Source: an uncultured Sphingomonas sp.
GTDB lineage: Bacteria > Pseudomonadota > Alphaproteobacteria > Sphingomonadales > Sphingomonadaceae
DNA length: 64,000 bases
Reading direction: 5' to 3' (one strand)
Assembly (NCBI RefSeq): GCF_913777325.1
Contig: NZ_CAJYSA010000064.1
Shown: one piece after another, positions 57,971-64,000 of the stretch
How positions within the stretch are numbered: the first letter of the stretch is position 1
Layout: every line of letters starts with the position of its first letter
The notes under the pieces: generated by a model
What the model saw: only the letters and a program-made list of their open reading frames with translations
What the model was told of the DNA's origin: nothing
Databases searched by the model: none
Translations under genes and position numbers: made by a program

Positions 57971-57998
57971 ATATAGGTGGCGGCCCGCGCCCCGCAAG
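57971..57998 (-). promoter_or_regulatory. RpoH (sigma-32)-type heat-shock promoter of dnaK
   Basis: The minus strand reads CTTG-N17-CCTATAT. This matches the alphaproteobacterial RpoH consensus CTTG-N17-CYTATNT. It lies about 85 nt upstream of the dnaK ATG. Confidence 0.6.
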
Positions 57999-58063
57999 AT
58001 TGCCGGACGATGTCGGCGGGAACCATTGCCTGATTGCCGCGTGGAAACTATCAGGAGCCCATC

Positions 58064-58345
58064 ATGCAGACCGCCCGCATCTTTCAGCGCCCGAAGAACG
58101 CCATGCAGTCCGGCAAGGCCCGCACCGACACGTGGCAGCTGGAGTTCGAACCCGGCGAGCCCAAGAAGCCCGATCCGCTGACCGGCTGGGCCGGCAGCGG
58201 CGATACGCGCGATCAGATCCGGCTGGCATTCCCGACGTGCGAGGCGGCGGTGGCCTATGCCGAGGCGCAGGGGCTGGCCTATACGGTGATCCCGACGCCG
58301 GCCAAGACGCTGAAGCTGCAAAGCTACGCCGACAACTTCCGCTGA
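58064..58345 (+). CDS. ETC complex I subunit conserved-region protein (NDUFS4-like)
   Basis: The sequence reads MQTARIFQRPKNAMQSGKARTDTWQLEFEP...DPLTGWAGSGDT... Confidence 0.8.
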   Translation: MQTARIFQRPKNAMQSGKARTDTWQLEFEPGEPKKPDPLTGWAGSGDTRDQIRLAFPTCEAAVAYAEAQGLAYTVIPTPAKTLKLQSYADNFR

Positions 58346-58407
58346 TCGTCACTCCGGCGAAAGCAGGAGCACGCCGGCGCTTCAAGGCGTGTCGGCCAGA
58401 CGTTGAA

Positions 58408-58488
58408 CCGTTCGCGCTGAGCTTGTCGAAGTGCGTGCAACAAGCGGTGCGCCTGATGTACGTGCTTCGACAAGCTCAGCACGAACGG
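58408..58488. repeat. REP/MITE-like palindrome: 24 bp inverted repeat with a 33 nt loop
   Basis: CCGTTCGCGCTGAGCTTGTCGAAG (58408-31) pairs with CTTCGACAAGCTCAGCACGAACGG (58465-88) with 1 mismatch. Confidence 0.7.
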
Positions 58489-58514
58489 GCGTGTGTGGCA
58501 GAACGCGTTTCGCT

Positions 58515-59054
58515 TTAGGCAATCAGCGCATCGGCGAGTAGCACCAGCATCTTGACGTCCATCGCGACGCCCGCCGCGCGCTTGCCGGCCACGAAGGTCG
58601 CGAGATCGGTGCGCGGCACGAGATGCACCTCGATATCCTCGTCGGCCTCGCCACCGCCGGGGCCGACCTTCACCAGATCGCGCGCGCGCACCAGCGTGAA
58701 CCCCTCGCTGTTCATGCCCGGCGAGGAGTGGAAGAAGCCGAGTTCCTCGATCCGCCCGGCGCGATAGCCGGTCTCCTCCTCCAGCTCGCGCGCGGCGCCG
58801 GTGGCGACCGCCTCGCCCTCGGCCTCGTCGCCGATCAGCCCGGCGGGCAGTTCGAGGCAGCGGCACCCCAGCGGCACGCGATATTGCTCGACCAGAACGA
58901 CACGGTCGGCCTCGTCGATCGCGACGATCACCGCCGCCTGGATGCCGCGCTGCCGGGCGACATATTCCCAGCCGCCCTGCGTCACGACCTTGATATACCG
59001 GCCTTCCCAGGCGGTTTGGGGGGCGAAGGCGGCGTCGCGGTGCGGATGCGTCAT
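58515..59054 (-). CDS. NUDIX hydrolase (ADP-ribose pyrophosphatase-like)
   Basis: The Nudix box is GLIGDEAEGEAVATGAARELEEETGY. Confidence 0.85.
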   Translation of the reverse strand: MTHPHRDAAFAPQTAWEGRYIKVVTQGGWEYVARQRGIQAAVIVAIDEADRVVLVEQYRVPLGCRCLELPAGLIGDEAEGEAVATGAARELEEETGYRAGRIEELGFFHSSPGMNSEGFTLVRARDLVKVGPGGGEADEDIEVHLVPRTDLATFVAGKRAAGVAMDVKMLVLLADALIA

Positions 59055-59145
59055 GCTTCGGGTTTACCGGTCCGGGGGCGCTTGGCGAAGCGAAAAACCC
59101 CGCCTACCCTTGGCCGCATCGTGCAACAGGGAAGGAAGGCGCCAT

Positions 59146-59613
59146 ATGCTCAAGGATTTCCGGGCGTTCATCGCGCGTGGCAACGTGCTGGATCTGGCGG
59201 TGGGCGTCATCATCGGCGGCGCGTTCGCGACGATCACCAAGTCGCTGACCGACGACGTCATCATGCCGGTGGTGGGCGCGCTCTTCGGCGGGTTCGATTT
59301 CTCCAGCTATTTCATCCGGCTCGGGCCGGTGCCGGCGGACTATAAGGGGTCGCTGGCCAGCTATGCGCAGCTCAAGGCGGCGGGGGTGCCGCTGCTGGGC
59401 TATGGCGAGTTCCTGACCGTGGTCATCAACTTCGTGATCCTCGCGTTCATCGTCTTCCTGCTGATGCGCAGCGTGAACAAGCTGATCGCCACCGTCGAGC
59501 GCGAGAAGGCCGCCGGGACCGCCGAACCCGCCGCGGAGCCGGCGGAGGTGGTGCTGCTGCGCGAGATCCGCGACGAACTGAAGGCGAAGGGCGCGGTGCC
59601 GCCGGTCGCGTGA
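59146..59613 (+). CDS. mscL: Large-conductance mechanosensitive channel
   Basis: The sequence starts MLKDFRAFIARGNVLDLAVGVIIGGAFATI... Confidence 0.92.
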   Translation: MLKDFRAFIARGNVLDLAVGVIIGGAFATITKSLTDDVIMPVVGALFGGFDFSSYFIRLGPVPADYKGSLASYAQLKAAGVPLLGYGEFLTVVINFVILAFIVFLLMRSVNKLIATVEREKAAGTAEPAAEPAEVVLLREIRDELKAKGAVPPVA

Positions 59614-59615
59614 CG

Positions 59616-59652
59616 AAAAAGGGCCGGCGGGATCGCTCCCGCCGGCCCTTTT
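59616..59652. terminator. Bidirectional rho-independent terminator between mscL and the permease gene
   Basis: The structure is AAAAA, then GGGCCGGCGGGA, loop TCGC, then TCCCGCCGGCCC, then TTTT. The stem is a perfect 12 bp. Confidence 0.85.
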
Positions 59653-59670
59653 CGGATGCCTGTCGATGGA

Positions 59671-61206
59671 TCAGTGTGCTTCGTGCACCTCGACGATGCC
59701 GCGCCCCAGATGGCTGTGGCGGCGGCTGTAGCCGAAATAGATCAACAGCCCGAACGCGCCCCAGACCGGCAGCACCAGCATCGCCGCCGTCGGCAGGTTG
59801 AAGAACAGGAACACGCAGCCGATGATCGTCAGCGGCCCGACGAGCCACAGCGCCGGGGTGCGGAAGCTGCGCGGGTGATGCGCGGCGGTGCGGCGCAGGA
59901 TCATCACCGCGACGGCCACCATCGCGAAGGCGTAGAGCGTGCCCGCGTTGGCGATGTCCGCCAATTGCCCGACCGGCAGGAACGCGGCGGCGAACGCCAC
60001 GCCGACCCCGGTCATCGCGGTGACGATATGCGGGGTCTTCCACTTCGGGTGGACGCTCGACAGCCGCTCCGGCAGCAGGCCGTCACGGCTCATCACGAAG
60101 AAGATGCGCGTCTGGCCGAACATCAGGATCAGGATGACCGAGGGCAAGGCGACGAAGGCCGCGATGCCCAACAGGTTGCCGACGCCCGACCAGCCAATCG
60201 TCCGCAGGACGTGCGCCAGCGCCTCGCCCGAGCAGACCAGCGCGTCCTTGTGCTGCGGCAGCGCGCACTGCCGGGCGAGTTCCTCCGAGCCGGCGGGGAA
60301 AGGAATGCCGTTCGGTCCCATGATCGGCTGTCCACCGATCGTGCCGATCGCGCCCGCCGCGACCAGGATGTAGAAGACGGTGCAGAACAGCAGCGACCCT
60401 ATCAGCCCGATCGGCACGTTGCGTTGCGGGTTCTTGGTCTCCTCGGCGGCGGTCGAGACCGCGTCGAAGCCGACATAGGCGAAGAAGATCGTCGCCGCCG
60501 CGCCGACCGCGCCCACGCCGGTGCCGAACCCGCCGAACACGCCCGCGGGCAGGAACGGGTTGAAGCGATCGGTGCTGAAATAATCGCTGGGCAGGGTGAG
60601 CGCGATGAACGCGGTGAGCGCCGTCACCTTGATCGCGACCAGCACCGCATTCACCCGCGCGCTCTCGGTCGTCCCGACCATCAGCAACCAGGTGATGAGC
60701 AACGCGATGACCACCGCCGGCAGGTTGATGAGCCCACCCGGCGCGCCACCGAACGCCAGCGGCGCTGCCGACAGCCAGGCCGGCAGGTGGACGCCCATGA
60801 ACTGATTGAGGATCGTGCCCGTGAAATAGCCCGACCAGCCGACCGCGACCGCGCTGGCCGCCACCGCATATTCGAGGATCAGCGCCCAGCCGACCGTCCA
60901 GGCGAGCAACTCGCCCATTGTCGAATAGGTGTAGGTATAGGCCGATCCCGCCACCGGGATCATCGCCGCGATCTCCGCATAGCACAGCGCCGCGACGATG
61001 CAGATCGCGCCCGCGATCGCGAACGCCAGCATCAGGCCCGGCCCCGCCTTCTGCGCGCCGGCGGCGGTCAACACGAAGATACCCGTGCCGATGACGCAGC
61101 CGATGCCGAACAGCGTGAGCTGGAACCAGCCCAGCGTGCGATGCAGCGATTTCTTCTCGGCGGTGGCGAGGATGGCGTCGAGAGGTTTGACGCGCCCGAA
61201 AATCAT
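59671..61206 (-). CDS. Amino-acid permease (APC / cationic amino-acid transporter family)
   Basis: It has about 13-14 helices. The N-terminus is LHRTLGWFQLTLFGIGCVIGTGIF. The start is MIFGRVKPLD at 61206. Confidence 0.85.
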   Translation of the reverse strand: MIFGRVKPLDAILATAEKKSLHRTLGWFQLTLFGIGCVIGTGIFVLTAAGAQKAGPGLMLAFAIAGAICIVAALCYAEIAAMIPVAGSAYTYTYSTMGELLAWTVGWALILEYAVAASAVAVGWSGYFTGTILNQFMGVHLPAWLSAAPLAFGGAPGGLINLPAVVIALLITWLLMVGTTESARVNAVLVAIKVTALTAFIALTLPSDYFSTDRFNPFLPAGVFGGFGTGVGAVGAAATIFFAYVGFDAVSTAAEETKNPQRNVPIGLIGSLLFCTVFYILVAAGAIGTIGGQPIMGPNGIPFPAGSEELARQCALPQHKDALVCSGEALAHVLRTIGWSGVGNLLGIAAFVALPSVILILMFGQTRIFFVMSRDGLLPERLSSVHPKWKTPHIVTAMTGVGVAFAAAFLPVGQLADIANAGTLYAFAMVAVAVMILRRTAAHHPRSFRTPALWLVGPLTIIGCVFLFFNLPTAAMLVLPVWGAFGLLIYFGYSRRHSHLGRGIVEVHEAH

Positions 61207-61293
61207 GTAGGTCGAAGCCCCCGGAAACTCTGATGATCGGGAGCCTAGCGGCGGATCGCGCATGCGCAATAGTGTTGCGTTGATGTGACCGTA

Positions 61294-61686
61294 TCAATCG
61301 CGACCGTCGTGGCGGACGAGCATCGGCCCGAGTGTGCGTCCGCCCAGGATATGGACGTGGAGGTGCGGCACCTCCTGATGCGAATCGAGCCCGGTGTTCG
61401 CGATCAGGCGATAGCCGCTTTCCACCAGCCCCGCCGCACGCGCCGCCGCGCCGATCGCGCGGGTGAAGCTGACGATCTCCGCCTCGCTGGCGTTGGCCGA
61501 GAAATCGTCCCAACTGACGTAGCTGCCGCGCGGCACCGCCAGCAGGTGCGTCGGCGCCCAGGGGGCGATGTCGTGGAAGACGATCGTGTGATCGTCCTCA
61601 TGAACCCGCTTCGACGGGATCTCGCCGCGCAGCAGCTTCGCGAAGATGTTGCCGTCGTCGTAAGGCTGGGTGGCGTCGACGCTCAT
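61294..61686 (-). CDS. HIT-family nucleotide hydrolase
   Basis: The histidine triad is HLHVHILGG. The start at 61686 has GAGG upstream. Confidence 0.85.
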   Translation of the reverse strand: MSVDATQPYDDGNIFAKLLRGEIPSKRVHEDDHTIVFHDIAPWAPTHLLAVPRGSYVSWDDFSANASEAEIVSFTRAIGAAARAAGLVESGYRLIANTGLDSHQEVPHLHVHILGGRTLGPMLVRHDGRD

Positions 61687-61696
61687 GCGGGATACC

Positions 61697-62050
61697 TCAT
61701 TCGGCTCGGAAGGAGAGGGGGAGCGGGCCGCGCGCGGCTTTCTCGTCGTGGCCGCTGGTGCCCTCCCGCCGCGCGAGTTCGGCACGCACGTCGTCCAGCG
61801 TCAGCCCGGCGTCGGCGAGCAGCACGAACAGGTGATAGATCAGGTCGGCCGCCTCCGGGACGATCGCGCGGGGCACGTCGCCCATCGCGGCGATGACGGT
61901 CTCGGTGGCCTCCTCGCCCAGCTTCTGCGCGATCCGCGCGCGTCCACGGGCGAACAACGAGGCGGTATAGGAGCCGTCGGCATCGCCGCCCCTGCGCGTG
62001 GCGATCGTCGCGAAGAGACGGTCGAGGGTGTCGTCGGAGGTCATGCGCAT
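61697..62050 (-). CDS. hisE: Phosphoribosyl-ATP pyrophosphohydrolase
   Basis: SYTASLFARGRARIAQKLGEEATETVIAA...EAADLIYHLFVLL is present. The start could be 62050 or 62044. Confidence 0.8.
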   Translation of the reverse strand: MRMTSDDTLDRLFATIATRRGGDADGSYTASLFARGRARIAQKLGEEATETVIAAMGDVPRAIVPEAADLIYHLFVLLADAGLTLDDVRAELARREGTSGHDEKAARGPLPLSFRAE

Positions 62051-62134
62051 CGGGTGCCGTCTTGCGCGCGCGGGGTCAAGGATGGGACGGGAGGCGCGAT
62101 CGTCGGCATGGTCGGGTAACGCCCGACGGTACGT

Positions 62135-62205
62135 CATTGCGAGCGCAGCGATACAATCCAGCGCGTCCTGGTCCGTCGCTGGATTGCGTCGCTGCGCTCC
62201 CAATG
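62135..62205. repeat. REP-like palindrome of the CATTGCGAGCGCAGCGA...CAATCCAG type
   Basis: A 29 bp inverted repeat (62135-63 and 62177-205) has 3 mismatches and a 13 nt loop. Confidence 0.7.
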
Positions 62206-62273
62206 ATGGAAAGGTTGGTCCTCATCCCACGGAATTGGATTGCCGAACCACGTCCGGCAATCCGGGTCAGCGT

Positions 62274-62507
62274 TCACACCGCAGGCGGGTAGCGCGACGG
62301 CTGGCCGGTGCGCGCGACCTTTGCGGCCTTGTGCCGGTCATACGCCTTCTTCGCGACATAGGCGCCGCCTAGCGCCCAGCCGAGCGGGCCCATGCGCGTC
62401 ACCGCGCGCGCCGCCACCGCGCCCAGGATCGCGCCGCCAGCGCCGCCGTCACGCCCGCGCCGATCGAGTTCGCGCCCGATCAATCCACCCAAGATGCTGC
62501 GAATCAT
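62274..62507 (-). CDS. Small Gly-rich membrane protein
   Basis: MIRSILGGLIGRELD...GGAILGAVAARAV is present. Its ATG overlaps the upstream stop (ATGA). Confidence 0.5.
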   Translation of the reverse strand: MIRSILGGLIGRELDRRGRDGGAGGAILGAVAARAVTRMGPLGWALGGAYVAKKAYDRHKAAKVARTGQPSRYPPAV

Positions 62508-62716
62508 GCCTTGATCCTTTCCGAAACCGTGTCGCTGAGAATTTCGACGCCCTTCAGCACGCCCCAACCGATCGCCCAGGTGGCGACGACGGGCAGGACG
62601 AGCTTCAGGACATTGGCGGTGATCGCGCCGTACAGCGCGCCGTCCGCCGCGCTGTCGTCGCCCGACATCGAGTCGATCGCGCCGCCGATCAGCGCACCGA
62701 TCGTGGTAGCACCCAT
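62504..62716 (-). CDS. Small membrane protein (70 aa)
   Basis: MGATTIGALIGGAIDSM...LKLVLPVVATWAIGWGVL is present. It is coupled to the downstream small ORF. Confidence 0.5.
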   Translation of the reverse strand: MGATTIGALIGGAIDSMSGDDSAADGALYGAITANVLKLVLPVVATWAIGWGVLKGVEILSDTVSERIKA

Positions 62717-62777
62717 GTTGTTGACCCTCGTTCGTTACGGGGGAAGAATGCCGGGCGCGCGGCGCGGTTCCGGCGCG

Positions 62778-64000
62778 TCAGCGTCCCAGCATCGCGGCGG
62801 GGCGCACCACGCGATCGAATGTGTCGGCATCGACCAGCCCCAGCGCCAGGCCGGCTTCCTTCAACGTCAGCCCCTTGGCATGGGCATGCTTCGCGATCGT
62901 CGCGGCGTTGTCATAGCCGATCTCGGGCGCGAGCGCGGTGACCAGCATCAGCGACCGGTCGAGCAATTCGCCGATCCGCGCCTCGTTGGCGGTCAGCCCC
63001 TCGACGCAGCGCGCGGCGAAGCTGTCGCAGCCGGTCGCCAGCAGATCGATCGACCGCAGCACGGCGGCGCCGATCACCGGCTTGAAGACGTTCAGTTCCA
63101 GATGCCCCTGCGCGCCGCCGACGGTGATCGCGACATGGTTGCCGATCACCTGCGCGGCGACCATCGTCAGCATCTCGCATTGCGTGGGATTGACCTTGCC
63201 GGGCATGATCGAGCTGCCCGGTTCGTTGGCGGGTAGGTCCAGTTCGCCGAGGCCGCAACGGGGACCGGAGCCGAGCAGGCGGATGTCGTTGGCGATCTTC
63301 GTGCACGCCACCGCCAGCGTGTTGAGCGTGCCGGAGAGGTGGACGAGCGGGTCGTTGCTGGCCAGCGCCTCGAAGAAGTTGTCCGCCGGGCTGAATGCGA
63401 TGCCGGTGATCCCGCGCAGCTCCGCGCAGATGTCGCGCGCGAAGCCGGCGGGGGCGTTCAGCCCGGTGCCGACCGCCGTGCCGCCCTGCGCCAGCCGATC
63501 GGTGCCGTGCTCCACCGCCGGCTCGATCCGGCGCAGGCAGCGATCGATCTGGTGCGCATAGCCGCCGAACTCGTCGCCCAGCGTCAGCGGGGTGGCGTCC
63601 TGCAAATGCGTGCGCCCGATCTTCACGACGTCGCGCCACTCGGTGGCCTTGGCGTCGAGCGCGCGGTGCAGCCGCTCGAGCGCGGGGATCAGCCGCGCGC
63701 GGACCGCGATCGAACAGGCGATGTGCAGCGCGGTCGGGAAGCTATCGTTGCTGGACTGGCCGCGATTGACGTCGTCGTTCGGGTGGACCGGCACCTTGCC
63801 GCCGCGCGTGCCGGTGAGGATCTCGTTGGCGCGGCCCGCGATCGCCTCGTTGACGTTCATGTTGCTCTGCGTGCCGCTGCCGGTCTGCCAGATGACGAGC
63901 GGGAAGTGATCGTCGAGCTTGCCGTCGGCGACCTCCTGCGCGGCCTGTTCGATCGCTTCGGCCTTGTCGGCCTCCAGTCCGTGGCGCCGGTTGACGCGCG
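62778..64000 (-). CDS. fumC: Fumarate hydratase class II, 5' end outside the window
   Basis: The signature [15 protein letters not shown] and ELNVFKP are present. The frame stays open upstream of the first listed Met to the window edge. Confidence 0.92.
   Translation of the reverse strand, partial: RVNRRHGLEADKAEAIEQAAQEVADGKLDDHFPLVIWQTGSGTQSNMNVNEAIAGRANEILTGTRGGKVPVHPNDDVNRGQSSNDSFPTALHIACSIAVRARLIPALERLHRALDAKATEWRDVVKIGRTHLQDATPLTLGDEFGGYAHQIDRCLRRIEPAVEHGTDRLAQGGTAVGTGLNAPAGFARDICAELRGITGIAFSPADNFFEALASNDPLVHLSGTLNTLAVACTKIANDIRLLGSGPRCGLGELDLPANEPGSSIMPGKVNPTQCEMLTMVAAQVIGNHVAITVGGAQGHLELNVFKPVIGAAVLRSIDLLATGCDSFAARCVEGLTANEARIGELLDRSLMLVTALAPEIGYDNAATIAKHAHAKGLTLKEAGLALGLVDADTFDRVVRPAAMLGR

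Overview
The window has two parts. Positions 1 to about 31.07 kb are the right-hand part of an integrated HK97-like siphovirus prophage. It has visibly lower G+C and many A/T third codon positions, and its left end lies outside the window. Positions 31.1-64 kb are very high-G+C alphaproteobacterial chromosome; a sphingomonad-type host is my inference.

Prophage, left to right:
- A leftward replication gene (primase-polymerase/helicase-like). The ORF track misses it because it runs off the window edge.
- A control and accessory region: a DUF2971 gene bracketed by two ~200 bp direct repeats, then a PEP-CTERM secreted-protein gene.
- Three large adhesin/depolymerase-like genes, one of them frameshifted, interleaved with an HNH endonuclease.
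- A reverse-oriented orphan gene.
- A complete packaging, head and tail module: terS, terL, portal, protease, capsid, connectors, major tail, frameshifted chaperone, tape measure, tail tip and a collagen-like fibre.
- Two small membrane proteins at the prophage end.

Host genes:
- A glycan-utilisation cluster: GH43, GH13, a TonB-dependent receptor and two flavin halogenase-like genes.
- tRNA-Arg(CCG), nth, dapB and clpB.
- A glycosyltransferase cluster.
- A tripartite MFS efflux pump.
- era, dnaJ and dnaK.
- Housekeeping genes: NDUFS4-like, Nudix, mscL, an amino-acid permease, HIT, hisE and fumC.

Most notable observations:
1. A strictly positioned TAAATA-N4/5-start-codon motif precedes 13 phage genes in place of a Shine-Dalgarno sequence.
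2. A duplicated, structured ~200 bp element flanks the DUF2971 gene.
3. A block of paralogous receptor-binding or depolymerase-like genes lies outside the tail module, and one copy is split by a +1 frameshift.
4. A reverse-strand orphan gene abuts overlapping ORFs just upstream of terS.

Functional calls come from motif recognition by eye. No database search was possible.
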